Source: Octopus vulgaris (taxonomy: Eukaryota). Taken from it: a stretch of DNA of 64,000 bases. Each line of letters begins with the position of its first letter. Within the stretch, counting starts at the first letter, position 1. A program made the translations under genes and the position numbers. Below the pieces are notes generated by a model. It saw only the letters and a program-made list of their open reading frames with translations. It ran no database searches and was not told the DNA's origin. The stretch lies in the NCBI GenBank assembly GCA_951406725.2, contig OX597819.1, positions 18,104,001 through 18,168,000 on the forward strand. Reading direction: 5' to 3'. This document shows, piece after piece, positions 1 to 14,773 of this stretch.

Positions 1-772
1 ATGCAAATAGCTCAAATCTCGTGTTTATACGTTTACCAAAGACTCGTGTTTATCCCTTCCCACGTTGTTTTGAAAACGTAACAACGGAAACGCTAAATCA
101 CAAGGCGAAAGTTTCCTTCGAAACGGTTCATGTGATTCTGTTTTTTTTTCCTTCTTCACACATGCAGGCACATGCTCGCATCACACACACTCACATCCAC
201 CACACACACACACACACGTTCACACACGTACATTCATACACATCACACACACACAAACACACACATATATCTGCATATCTGGCTCTATATATCGCTAGTG
301 GCTTCAATGCTTGTCGCCTGAGGAGCAGGGAAATTTTAGAATTATTTCGTTGGCTGCGTGAATAAGAACAGAAGCAAAACCACGAATATTTAATTCAAAT
401 AACAATTGGTGGACACAAAGATATTTGGAGTTGGTGGTTTAGAATATAAATCACATCAGTGACTGCAAACTGGTAGAGAGGGAAAAAAAACAAGCGGCAT
501 CTGTAGAAGTTAGTTATGAAACATTACGTGAACGTTCAAAAAGGATCTGTCCGTGTGCCTGGCAAAGTCTGCGCAAATTTCACTCTACGGTTACAAAAGC
601 GTCAAAAGCGTTTTTTGTAATATAATGGACAAGAAGGACTTTCAAGAAAATCATATCACGACACAGCCATACGCTCATAGGTCGATTAATAGATCGACCA
701 CATGAAACTACGGTGGTGTGCTGGTGTTGTCTGACTAAGTATCTAACGGTTAGGTTTTGATACATATGTATT

Positions 773-1065
773 CCTTCTCGAGCCATGCCTGGCTCATAAG
801 GGCCGGTTTCCCGGTTTCTTGGCGTATAGGTTCCCCACCTGGACGGGACGCCGGTCCGTCGCAGATGAGCTGCAAGATGCAGGAGGAAAGAGTGAGAGAA
901 AGTTGTGGTGAAAGAGTCAGCAGAAGTTCGCCATGACCTTCTGCCGGAACCACGTGGAGCTTATGTGTTTTCGCTCATAAACATACACATCACCCGGTCT
1001 GAGATTCGAAACCGCGATCCCTCGACCGCGAGTCCGCTGCTCTAACCACCAGGCCATGTGCCTCC
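773..1065 (-). mobile_element. tRNA-derived SINE with V-domain-like body
   Basis: Minus-strand head GGAGGCACATGGCCTGGTGGTTAGAGC...GGTTTCGAATCTC has Pol III A/B boxes. The body contains CTGCGACGGACCGGCGTCCCGTCCAGG, resembling the V-SINE domain. Flanked by the direct repeat ACATATGTATT (762-772, 1066-1076), a likely TSD. Confidence 0.85.
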
Positions 1066-1092
1066 ACATATGTATTAATACATGATTATATT

Positions 1093-1122
1093 GATAGATA
1101 GATAGATAAATAGATAGATAGG

Positions 1123-1181
<59 letters not shown>

Positions 1182-1189
1182 ATAGATAA

Positions 1190-1245
<56 letters not shown>

Positions 1246-1262
1246 AGAGAGAGATAGAGAGA
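1093..1262. repeat. (GATA)n microsatellite
   Basis: Direct reading. Confidence 0.95.
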
Positions 1263-1494
1263 TATTCTCCGTACAAAATACACTTCATAATGTTCAAAAG
1301 GTTTAAACTTGAGTAGGTAGAGGAGTAAATGTAAGGATAAGAAAGTCAGGTAAGTCGATATACAAGAAATAGTGAATACATTTAATAGAACGTTATATAT
1401 ATTTACATACAAAACGGTGGGACTTACTCGAAATAGAAACGATATCACGAGTTAAAGGAGTTATACAATACACACAAATACACATATATTTGCA

Positions 1495-1987
1495 CTGATT
1501 GACCCTGTGCTTATACCAACCTTATGAGCAACTTCCTGGATTGTTGAACGACTGTTTTCCATGAATATTCGCCGAACACTATGAATCACATCCAGGTTTG
1601 GGCTTGTGAACGGCACACCTCACTGTGTCTCGTTTTCCACTGAGATGCGGCCATTTTGTGCCACTCCTTAACCTGAGTTTTTCCCCCACAACGTCATCGC
1701 GAACGGTCAAATGTATTTCTTGAATGACTCGACTAGAAGCAATCTTTTGTCGAAGCTTGATGGAATGTCTTTGCTTGATGCGTTCGGAGAAAGCGAAAAT
1801 CAGATCAGTGCGCACTACAAATCTGTATTCTAGGCACAGCTGCTGGGATCTGACGCCGCCTACTGGCGAGAAAGTCTCATTCTGTGCGCAAGAAGGGTGA
1901 CTTCATATCTCACCCAAACATTTTCGCCCGGTTGCATTAGATTTGGAGGGAAAATATAAAGTTGGATACTTTCGGAACGCACTTCGT
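1495..1987 (-). mobile_element. Mariner transposon 5' remnant (TIR plus frameshifted HTH region)
   Basis: Minus-strand pieces ERIKQRHSIKL, TQVKEWHK and VRRIFMENSRSTIQEVAHKVGISTGS resemble a mariner transposase N-terminus. Terminal ACGAAGTGCGTTCCGAAAGTATCCAAC is TIR-like. Confidence 0.75.
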
Positions 1988-2150
1988 CCATGTACGCACA
2001 CGCGCGCACGCGAAAACATACACACGTATCTTTGAGTTACACAAATATGTATGGATATATATAGAAAAATGTCAATATAGATATGGGTTAATAGAAATAT
2101 AAATCCAAGCTAAATGTGAAACGAAATCAATAACATTTAGCAGAGAGAGC

Positions 2151-2189
<39 letters not shown>

Positions 2190-2279
2190 GAGGAGAGAAA
2201 GAGGAAAGATACGCATATGAGTTTCTTAACCGTCTCTCTCTCTCTATATATATATATATGTGTATATATATGTATATAT

Positions 2280-2495
2280 TTACCATCAATTTTCCCCATT
2301 TTAATGCATTTTGGCATATATAAGGGAAGTAACTCTCTAAAGATTTATTATTAAATCTCAGAACGTAAAAAGCTGCAGTAAAACCCCTCCTTTGTGGTTA
2401 GCCATATTGAGATGGCTATTATACTTTACATCTCTAAAAATGCTTATATAGTTATTTCCCTTACAAACCTGAGCAACGCCGGGCGATACTGCTAG
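2280..2495 (+). mobile_element. Non-autonomous Helitron, 3' part (5' boundary uncertain)
   Basis: Ends ...CCTGAGCAACGCCGGGCGATACTGCTAG|T (GC-rich subterminal hairpin plus CTAG); nearly the same terminus as 39141-39168. Confidence 0.7.
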
Positions 2496-2501
2496 TATAT
2501 A

Positions 2502-2547
2502 CTAGCAGTAGGAGACAGACAGCACACAACCTCACTTTTATATATAA

Positions 2548-2550
<3 letters not shown>
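2502..2550 (-). mobile_element. 49-bp minimal Helitron derivative
   Basis: Minus strand TCTTTATATATAAAAGTGAGGTTGTGTGCTGTCTGTCTCCTACTGCTAG: a 5' end like 38781 joined directly to the TACTGCTAG 3' end. Confidence 0.55.
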
Positions 2551-2635
<85 letters not shown>

Positions 2636-3048
2636 AATATGTATGTATAATCTCACCGACACTATTATATAATTTAATATGGAACTATCATTTACGTAAT
2701 ACAATGAAATATAATAAATAAATTAAGAACAACGTTAAAGCAACTACGTTCACGACACCGCCATCCATCTGGTTCTTGTGATTGATAACTCTACTTGACA
2801 ATGAGACGGAACCAAGACAACTGCTTATTCTTGGTTCTTGGTTTCTGCTAAACGTTATTGCTTTTGCTACACTTCCACACTTTGCCTGGATTTATCTTTC
2901 TTTTTTACATTTTCTTTTTTCCTTTTTCACTGATTTTATTCGCTGGTCTTCACAATATCATGTTAGGTGATAAGAGATTTTTCACCATATCATCTTATAC
3001 CAGCTCTATCAGTACTGTCCTAACCGTGTGTAATTATCGCCACAATCC

Positions 3049-3935
<887 letters not shown>

Positions 3936-4100
3936 CATTCCTATTTTGGGAAATTGTAAAGTAGAAGTGATTTAATATGTGCCTGTTTTATTTATTTCTT
4001 TTTGTTTTCTGCGGTGCAAATTTGGCAGATTTTCGATATACATTTATTCATCTGTGTAAAACAGATGCATTGACCGAAAGAGATAGGTGTATATGTGATA

Positions 4101-4156
<56 letters not shown>

Positions 4157-4334
4157 GATATATACATACATATATCTCTCTATTTATATATCTCTCAATA
4201 TGTGTATTTATCTGCAGAGTTACATGAATGTGGGTGTTAGGAATATCATATATATATATATATATTTATATACATACATACATGCATACATACACACACA
4301 TACACACACACACATATATATATATGTATATATG

Positions 4335-4370
<36 letters not shown>

Positions 4371-5217
4371 CGTATGTATCTATTTATGTATGCATGCGTG
4401 CATGTATTTATGTAGGTATGTATATGATATTCCTAACACACACACATACATATATATATATATATTGGAATGTATATTCATATGTTTATATCCAAAGTGA
4501 GTGTGAGAAACGACAATTGTGTAGACAGTGAGAAGGAATGACAAACGCATATCCATACACCCCCTCACACATAAGTATGTATTTATGTGTGTATAAAGGT
4601 GTGTATTGATGCAGATGGGAGGGAAGTGGGAGAAGGATATAAACGGGAAAAACAACAAAAACTGGAGTTCGGAACAAATGGAAAATGAAAAAAAAAAAAA
4701 AGAAAAAATAGAAGCTTAATCGTTCAATTTGATTTTTTCTTCGTTCTTGTTTACTTTATTTCCTTAATTTTCTTGAGTTTATTTTTTTGTTCTTCTGTTC
4801 GGTGAACTCCAGTGGAAGTTTTTCCTCCCTTATCTTTCAGCAAACCAGCGAAAAAATATAATCAAGGTGAGGAAAGAAATGACATTTATTATTTCTTTCC
4901 TTGTGATTATTGCAGATATTAACCAATCAATGAGAACTCTTGAAATTTTTGACTTGCGCACAATAATACACCGACCGTTGACGGGCATTAATCTATGTTT
5001 AAGAAGGGCAAAAGAAATCTGATATTCGATGTGATGTGACCCTCATTCTTTTACTCTATCTCAACACGTCCGCCAATCTTATATAATAATTGAAATATTT
5101 AAGCCAAGTTATCGGTTATACTTCCATTGCCATTCGCACTTCCCAAGGTAGGTGTTAAACTTGGGTGCAATTCGGAACCTATTTCAAGATGCATTTAATA
5201 ACGTCAAGATAATTTTG

Positions 5218-5273
<56 letters not shown>

Positions 5274-6011
5274 TAGCCTTTAAACCATTATACGTTCACG
5301 AAAAGACAATATTAGTCAATGACAATGAGTAATAATATTTAAACAAACAAGAGACGAGTTGGGAACTTTCTAAAGTGTTTTGGTTTTATCTAGCCTCCTC
5401 AGCGCCTCATAGACTCTTTTTCGGTATAAGAGAGTCACTGCGTATAAAATATTTTAAGTAAGAAGCTGGAAAATGGCTTAAATTAAAGAAATTACACAAA
5501 CAAATTTTTCAGGTTTATCGTCCACATGAAAGTCAAATTTGAGACTAAAATATTTATTAGGGTCAATATTAAAAAGTCCGTGGAGAGACTATTAGTCACA
5601 AACTCATATAATTTTAATTCTTACAGCATGTACGGAAGACAAACTCGCACACGTCTTCCGTGAAGTATAAACATTCCTGTATTCGCCGAGTTAATAAATA
5701 AGAAAGCCACTAAATATGTGTTTGAATATTGTGCAGAAGAATACTGAAAATATGCAATCCTGAATATAGGAGAATCTTGTAGAGTGTTTGAGTCGGCAAA
5801 AAATCTCAACCGAAGTAATGGCCTTCTTAATATTAAGTCTCAAAGCAATGTGTTAATCTCTGCGTAAAAAATAAATTCTTCGACATTTCAGTTATCAGCA
5901 ATCATACAAGACAAAGAAGAAAATATAAAAAGCTTATAAGAATTTTTCAAAGAGCCAAGATGTGATTAATATTTGTCCTAAAGGGGAATAACAATATCAA
6001 GTTTTGTTGTA

Positions 6012-6521
6012 CAGGGTGATCCAAAAGATAAAACAGAACCCATTAAAATTTTATTAAGTCCTACAAAGGTCCACCAAATTTATTTTAAATCGCATTTGCA
6101 TAAAAGTTATGTTATTTCCAAAATATGCTCCTAATGGCATACGTTGCGCAAAATTGTCAGTTACTCGAACACATTTCTCTTTGGGAATTTCCCTGATTTC
6201 TGTTGTGATTGCTACCTTCTGGTCACCAATCGTTTGAGTGTTGTTCTGGTAAATACTATCCTTGAGATATCCCCACAAATAAAAATCTGGGAGATACAAG
6301 TCCGGTGAATGCAGTGCCCACTTAACGCCACACTTCCTGCTGATCAGTCTCTCCTGATGTCGCTCTCCCAGCCTGGTTAGTGATTCATTTGCTGTGTGGA
6401 GGTGTCCCCATCTTGCTGGAAACACTGTTCCCTTCAATCTATCACTCTGAGTCGTTTTATTGAAACAGCTTTATTCAAAGATTTGTGGGTTTTGATCTTT
6501 TGGGGGGTGGGGGTTACCCTG
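6012..6521 (-). mobile_element. Internally deleted Tc1/mariner-superfamily element (Tc3/DD41D-like)
   Basis: TA-flanked TIRs CAGGGTGATCCAAAAGAT ... ATCTTTTGG(G-run)TTACCCTG. ORF 6054-6437 contains WALHSPDLYLPDFYLWGYLKDSIY, the SPDL..DF.LWG.LK catalytic motif. Confidence 0.85.
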
Positions 6522-6739
6522 TATATATATTATAATGGAATAATAATATGAATCATTATGTAGAATATATTGTATAAATGATCGTGGGTAAGGCCAAAAG
6601 ATTACGAATTAAATGCAATTTAGATCACAAGAAAACAAATATATGAATTAATGTAGACTTCGGGGGTTATGACCCCATTTTTAAAAAAAATAAACGAATG
6701 TTGCCGATGTGCGTGTGTTGAATGGACATTCGCGGAGAG

Positions 6740-9100
6740 TTATTGCTATAGCAACAAGCTAGCTTCCTGTAATTCTCTTCTGTTCTTCATATTAGGGTTT
6801 TTTTTGGTGCATGAAGATGGCCTCGGAGATTCTACGGTTGCCTCTGTTCCGCTGTGTTGCCTTGATATGCACTGTGAATTCCTGGGTCTGGCATTTTCGT
6901 AGATGTTTCTTCACATAAATAAACACACGTACTATATATTCTTTCTTCACTCGTTTATTACTGTTCTTATTCTAACTCATGTTCATTGTCCGGGAACCTT
7001 TCATCACACATCTGCGACCTCTTCAGTAAAACATTCCGTTTTTGTTTATGCTCCAGCTGCACTTATTTCATTCTGTTCTTCTATGATGTGTATCCTTATA
7101 TTCGCATCGTTTTGCGTCCATGTTTGTGTGTGTGTGTGTGTGTGTGCATGTATTTTGTGTGTGTGTGCGTGTGTGTGTGTGCGTGTCATTGTTCTTAATA
7201 GCTCTACGACCTTCCTCCAACCCCAGCTCTACCCAATTGCCGTTGCGGCTGTCCAAGGACACGGAATTTGGTACAATTCTTGTATCTCTCTTTGTTCGTG
7301 TTCGCTCACGCTGCTGCCATCGTGGTCGTTGTTGTTATTACCATCGTTGTCACTGCTATTGATGTTGTTGTTATTCGTGTTCTCAATATTGTTGCGGCTG
7401 TCTGTGAAGTTATCGTGTGTATATGGGTTAGCTCCCTATGTTGATTATATCCTTACCATTTATACAGATATTTTATTTATTTACTTTTCATTTATTTTTA
7501 TTCCTTATATTTATCACAGGTTTGTGATAAATATATTTAATCATTTTTTAAATATACTTATCTCTATTTGTTATATTTATCGAAAGTATGTGTATATATG
7601 TCTATTGTGTGTGTATTACTCTGTTTGTATCTTTCTTTTATTGTATTTTATTTTTTGCTCTCTCTTCTCCCTTCTGTCTTTTGTCGTCATGTTCTATGGT
7701 GTTTTTCCTGTGTTATTGTTCCATTCCTGTTTTCTACTGAGGCACGGTCTGTCTATTGCTATTTGTATAGCCTCGGTGATCAGCTTCATGCATCGATAAT
7801 ATCCTAACCTCTATACTATTAATCGAGCCTCTATGTTCAGCTTGAGCATGTTGGTATAGCATTGATGAGCCTTTCTCTTCTTTGAGCTCTTACCAGTGTT
7901 CACCTATACTCTCACTTATGCTACGTCCAGTCTCTCCTATTAAGTAGTTGTCATGTTTCTGCACCGTCCCTAAGTACATCGTAAATTATACACTATATTC
8001 CTAACCTTACAGTTAACCCGTGGGTTCGTCCTTCATGCAATGTAATTGTTCTTTGTAGATGGGGATTTGTCAAAGGGATACGTTCTACATATCAGGGATT
8101 TTTTAGGGCACCAATCCTTTCTACCACTTACTTAATCTTAATGTTTTTCTAAAAAGGCGTGTTAGTTCGCCGCCAGGGCTAGCATCAGTTAACCTAACAC
8201 TCTAGTGTTTTTTGTTGTCATACTATCAGTTGGCTTTATCTATCTTATTTCTGGTCAATCTGATGTGCCCACTATTTCTATGAAAGATGTAGGGTAGAGT
8301 CCTCATTCATCTTCTCCTTAGGCTTTTGTCAGAAGAAACTATCATTACATTTTCCTAATGGATTCCTAAGTGTGGCCATCTGAGACTTTGTGCGTTACCC
8401 AATTATTACATTCTCAGTCTCCAGCTGGGTGTCATGCTGGTTGACTCGGCTTGAAGATTTCATCTTGCGATACTTATCTCAGATATTATTATTTTGTCTG
8501 TATTACTGGAGCTATGAGAGGAATATAGTGGGTAACACCTAAATTTAATATCCTCGATGTAGTTTCTTCAATTGATAATGTTCTTGATGATGTCTCGATG
8601 GGAAAGTTCTGTAGAACATCGGGTAACATGTGTCTGGTATTTTCCAGGCTCTTATTATTTGATGACTAAAATCTACCGAGATCAACTTTAGCTTCAAATG
8701 TCCTACTCGACAAAGTAAAGAAGCAGTCGTATACAGGGTTACATCTCTTCTTATAGCGAGAAGCCAATAATCAGTTAAAATGGACTTTTAAGAACGGTTA
8801 TTAGGGACTGAATACCACTTAACATATACATTATTTCAAATAAAGGATATTTCCATAGGTACCTATCTTAATTAATGATATCTTTATCTGCACAGAAATA
8901 AAATATCATAAAGGGTACTGTAATATTATTTTGTCCGTATTACTGGAGCTATGAGAGGAATATAGTGGGTAACACCTAAATTTAATGTCCTCGATGTAGC
9001 TTCTTCAATTGATAATGTTCATGATGATTTCTGAATGGGAAAGTTCTGTAGTGCCACTTTGCAATCCATAATGTCTCCAGGTCCCTAATTTTCTGAGCTC
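6740..9100 (-). mobile_element. Decayed Penelope-like retroelement (RT fragments, GIY-YIG endonuclease, 3' region)
   Basis: Minus-strand fragments: IMDCKVA (~9055-9075, resembles AMG..A), RSYIEDI (YxDD-like), YPTSFIE, and NIVYNLRCT..C...IGETGRSISE..GEH (~7900-8005, GIY-YIG). A degenerate HHR lies at ~6994-7030. Many stops and frameshifts. Confidence 0.75.
8487..9051 (+). repeat. ~128-bp direct repeat (8487-8614 and 8924-9051)
   Basis: Near-identical TATTATTTTGTC.GTATTACTGGAGCTATGAGAGG...GGGAAAGTTCTGTAG. Confidence 0.9.
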
Positions 9101-9253
9101 ATTTAAAATTTTGAATCATAAGAGGATGTTTCACTTGAAACGTGGCTCAAATAACAAAACCGCTAAATCTATATTCTATCTACATATTTTACGTGTATAT
9201 ACTTTCGTGTACACATACTTATATAGACACTATATATATATACATACATACAT

Positions 9254-9345
<92 letters not shown>

Positions 9346-9731
9346 TGTGGTGTATATATACTTTCGTGTGCACAAATCCTTTTACACAATTTCTGACTGA
9401 CATTTGTTTTAAAATGATAAATGGACATACGTTAATGTCAAGTTAACTTAGATAAGGGGAACATATTTTAAAGTAGTTTGATGTTGTATTTTATTAGTTT
9501 TCTTTAAAGTAATCAGTCTTTTTTTTCTTTTTATTCTTTTATACTTGTTATTGTTCTTTCGTTGCATTTTCATCTATATGTAACTCCTGTTTTTTTATTT
9601 ATATTTATACTAATATATTTTCTCGTTTGATATTGTTTCTTTTCTTTCGCTTTACCTGTTTTCTGTAGATTGTATTTATGTGTGTATGTTTGTGTGTGTG
9701 TGTGTGTGTGTGTGAGTGTCTGTGTTAATGT

Positions 9732-9777
<46 letters not shown>

Positions 9778-11305
9778 GTGTGAGTGTATGTGTGAATGTT
9801 CGTGTGTGTGTGTGTGTGTGTGAGAGAGTGTTTGCGTGTCTGTTTTCTTTATTAGTTTTGATTTACAATACTGTATTGCGTTGTGTCATGGAAACACGTT
9901 CATATATTTCAATAAGCAAAGCAAAGCGAATATTTCGTTTAGGTTAAGATCTAAAACACCAAGGTAATTGTAGTGGTCTGGGCATGCAGCAATTACAGGC
10001 ACGATGGTAAAAAGCTGGCTGGAAGACGTTCTAATAAGAGTTTAATGCTACCAACCCGAAGGACAGAAGTTCGTATATTGCCGAAATCGCTGTGATGCGT
10101 CACTGAAACGTAGACATATTATTCGAAAGCATATTATGGTAGATTTCAGTGGTGAAAAGATATTACAGTCATTGTATAATCAGTAGACACGCTGTTCACA
10201 TATATTTCATTGTTTTATAATGCTCTGCGAAAGACAGTCAGTGTCCTTTGAAAGAATGTTGGAGTTTATTGGTTACATAAGCAGACATATGTAATCAATA
10301 TCGATAACACTCGAACACTTTACTCATGTTACTTATTTATAGTCTTTTCGTTTTGGTACCTCTGTGAACATATGCAATACTACAACTGAATTCGAGGCAG
10401 TTTGTGGAACATTGTCTTATCTAACGGGATTTTTGTGCAATCTTATGTGATATCTTGTGATATCTTATTAGAGATATAAACTTTAAACTGTTAAGTAAGT
10501 TAGGAAGTAGTCCCTAACGAATAAACACGGAAATGCAATCCAATGCGAGGCTGCCTAAAGGAGTCCAATACAAAGTGACAACACTTATGTTGAATAAGAT
10601 ATGACAAGCTGTGTTGTTAAGTTATAAATCATGGACAATTCAAGAGAGCGACTGAATACGTTTCTGCCGGGAAAAAGCCAGCTGCAAAAGCACCCACTGG
10701 CTAATTACAACCCGTTAGCAAAACTTGAATTTATATAAAGACACTGATCTAGATAACGGGCCTTCTTGGAAACACAACTTCTTCACTTACAGAGTATTTT
10801 AAAAATCAAAATGTTGGCTTGAATCGCTAAAATTACAATCCATCTTCCCATCATATCACATCCTAACATTAAACGGAATAACTGTACAATAAAACAAGTG
10901 ATTCTTGACGTACCATAGAACGATCACTAATGAAATATTTTTGATTGAACTCACGCTCAATGACAGACTAGCGAACAACACTTGAGGCCAAGAGAGCAGA
11001 TCTGGTTTAGGAGAGGTGACAGATTGTGCTGGTTGTAAATAGAACCGTGAGTCCTAAGGAGTGAAGAAGAGAATGTTATATGATGGATCGCCATAAACAC
11101 ATTTGGAACTTTAAGATTTCATGGAGAAGAGAATAAATGGGAATGTGAAATTAGTAAACATTTATTGGCTGTTTTGCTCAGTAATCGTACACTGATTCAT
11201 TAACTCCATTCTCATCAACGCAGGTATCTTTGCAATTACCATTATCTTGCAGAATTTAGAAAATTCAAAAAAAAAAAGAAGTCCTATCTCAAATCTTGAA
11301 ATTAA

Positions 11306-11516
11306 TAGGGTCGCTTACTCGGTTTCCACAGTGTAAAAGTTACAGGAATAACAACAGTCCCCGTTCAATGGGACACCAGTCCGTCTCAGGGTTAGTTATT
11401 TACGGCCCAGGGAACTGGAAGAAAGTAAAATGAAGTAATTTTCTCCCGAACACACACACTTCTCGGTGCGGGAATCGAAACCACGATCTTGTAACACCCT
11501 AACAATAACGCCAACG
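11306..11516 (-). mobile_element. Degenerate tRNA-SINE remnant (V-domain-like)
   Basis: GGGAATCGAAACCACGATC is the reverse of a B box; GGGACACCAGTCCGTCTCAGGG resembles the body of 773-1065. Confidence 0.55.
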
Positions 11517-12913
11517 CGGCTTCACTAAGAAAATTCAAAACCTTAAAAGAAAAACAAAAACACAAGAATAAATGACTAACCTGTAACAAAATATTCCATG
11601 AGCTATTGTTATGCGTTGCACGTCACGCAAATCACTGAATTATTACTGATCAGAAGATGTAGAATCGTTACTTTTATTTCCGCTTTGCGAATACATTACC
11701 AATAGATGTTCTTGTTAGAAATTCAAATGATATTAACTGGACAGCAATCTAATGCACTGCAGATTTAAGCAGAAATTCATTAATTCAACCATTTGCATAT
11801 TTTCCGTTTCACATCATTAACATACACTTTATGCTTGAATGAATTAAAATTTCGCCGAATCTCTAATTCAGTGAGATTTTGGTCACGCAAAATTGGACAC
11901 GGAATTTCCCACCGAAAACAACACTATATCGTCATCTTAACAACCGGGAGGTGAACCATCCAATTTGTTTTCTGCTCATCATTTAATCAATATTCCTAAA
12001 TTGCAAAATGCTAATTTTAATCTTAAACCAAACCCTACCAATATTGCATCGATAAGACCGAATTTCTATATATATTCTGTAATATTCTCCAATAAAATCC
12101 CTCGGGGAAATATTGTAGTTTACAGCTCATCAAGTTAATATTCAAATCAATTCATTCGCCCAATATTTTGTATTACTTGGTGCTGTTTAGAATTACAGAA
12201 ACTTAATACTTTTTCCTGATTTTTCTTCTAATTTCACAGTATTTGTGTATTTATCTATCGATTTATCTATTTTCGTTTCAAATATTTGTAATAGCTAATA
12301 TCATTTATTGTCATTATGCAAAAAATAAAGAAAATTAAGATGAGATTGTTTTGGCGTAAGTAATCTTTTTCCATATTACTGCTGCTACAGTGCCAGAAGC
12401 TACACTCAGCTCCAAAATATTTCTTCACATCACTTTATTTCACGGTTTATTAGTTTCTTTATTACAGAAACACCAGATTCGTTATTGTTGTTGTTTAGTT
12501 ACTGATCGAGGAGATCAATGATAAAAAAGTAGTCCATCCATGACCACCTTATTTCCTTTCAGAGAAAACAAAGATGGAGTGAGCGCAAGGCTGAGATTTG
12601 AGCAAGATATGATTGTGAATTCTTTCAGGTGTATGGAGGGATTCATTGTTGTGGTACGGACGTGCTGGACACCAAAAGGGATGGTTTGTTTTCTTTTCCA
12701 CTCGAATTTAAACGATTTCTGATTCTAACAAGCAAAATGCAGAACTGTATTGATTGAGATATTGAGACATATAATGATAGAATACCAGAATATATATTTC
12801 TCTCACTAGTCCCCATTATAATGCTTAAACCATATCCTCGGAAAGGCTATTTTGATCGTCGTCTCCGGTTCTATATAATATGCAATAATATTATATTACG
12901 ATTATTACTCCCG

Positions 12914-13125
12914 AAGGCAGCGAGCGAGCTGGCAGAATCTTTAGCACATTGGATAAAATACTTAGCGTTCTGAGTTCAAATTACATCGAGGTCGACTTTA
13001 CCTTTCATCACTTCGGGGTCGAAATAATTAGTACCGTTTAAGTACTGGGTGGGGAGAGGGGTCAATGTAATCGACTTACCTCTTCTAAGAAATTACTGGC
13101 CTTCTGCCAATATTTTTTAAGCCAT
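12914..13125 (+). mobile_element. SINE (AAGGCGGCGAGCTGGCAGA family), degenerate
   Basis: GAGCTGGCAGAATC..TTAGC, GTTCTGAGTTCAAAT, CCTTTCATC..TTCGGGGTCGA..AGTACC; homologous to 58781-59015. Confidence 0.75.
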
Positions 13126-14741
13126 TACTCTCAAATTGCTATCAAACTGGCAATCATATTACGGCCTTGAAATGGAAGAATTGGAATACTTGTTCTAACT
13201 GTCAGTGTTCTGATTTCAAATACCACTATGGTTGCCTTCAGATTTTATTGATTATTTCTGAGAAACGAATGGAAATCGGACGAAATTCAATTGCTGTATG
13301 ATTGATTCAAGGTCATTGTATGCCGAGCTCAACTGACACTGTGCCCTGCAAAAGTGTGACCACCTAGCACCGGGGCTGTCTGTAGTAGAACTCGCTTCCA
13401 GGAAAGCATTCAGGCCAGGCCTCCTGTGTGAGGACATATTTCATCATCCACCGGTCTCAGAGGCTCTGCAAAGGATCTCATGTACATTGACTACCTTCCT
13501 CAACTAAAGGATAAATAGAAACAGCTATAATACTCTTGGTTTGTTTCACACTCCTAAAGATTCCATTTTTATTGAATTTTAAATAATTAAGTTTTCTGTT
13601 GTCTCCATTATTGACCAGGATTTATCATTAAGCTAGTGTTTCTTTTACATGACCGTAGGTGAATATTTATTAATTAAAATTTATTGGATTTCTATCCTAG
13701 GTACGCTTGCACTGGCCTATTCATTTTTGAATATGCACATGTGTCTATGCTTTACATTTGATTTTTGACTGGTTACATAATAGTCTATTTTATTATTTTT
13801 TTTTATATCTGACGAAACATTCCTTACAGTAATGGATATTGTTTAGACACCTTCTCAGTCCTGAATCGAGGAGACCTGTGCTCCTATTTATTACAACAAT
13901 CATTGTACCGTTTCCATTTAGACAAGTTATCTAAAACTACGTGATACAAGGAATAATGTTTTAAAGCCGATAAAGTGGAATGTGATAGAGATATAGGTGC
14001 TATGATCACAAGAGGGATTTCGCACTTTTCATAAAATAGGATCCCTATAGAGGAGTTTGTTGCATGAGGAACACAATGGGGAAAGATTCTACCTTCCATT
14101 TATCATTTTTAGTCACGATAATGGAGTTACGAACAAATAATTTTGTCGTCAAATTTCTGGCCCAATATCAAATTTTTACAAGCGAGAGTTACCATCTAAT
14201 AAAACCGAACACCTGTGTCTGTTCAAAATTTACAAATGCTTTGTAAGAGATCGTATGCTCACGGAGAATCGAGCGAAAGGCTGCCTACGAGAATGACACA
14301 GTTAAATAGCAAACCTACCTACCACAAGAAATTCCTTAAGAGTAACAAAGACAAATATTTAGCACTTGACATTTTACCCACTGTTTAAATGTGTTTGTGT
14401 GGAGATTGTATTACTGGTGACCGACAACGAGATCTGCTGATATACACATGTGCAGTTGCTATATAAACAACTTACACCGTAGAAAAGAAATTGTCTCTTT
14501 CAAATAACAGTAGATTTTCATAAAATTGTGGCGAATTTGCTGCATCTTTACAACGCGGACAGAATAACTTCGTTCCCATAATTTGAATTGAAAAACAGCC
14601 GTGATGTACAATACATTTTATCAGTTCCGGTTTGTTAAAAAGTCTATGAGTACCCAAGAATTTTTCTTTCTTTCTTTCTTCCTTTGTTTCTGTTTGCTTG
14701 TTTGTGTGTCTCTTTTTTTCTTTCTTCACATTATTGCCTGC

Positions 14742-14773
<32 letters not shown>

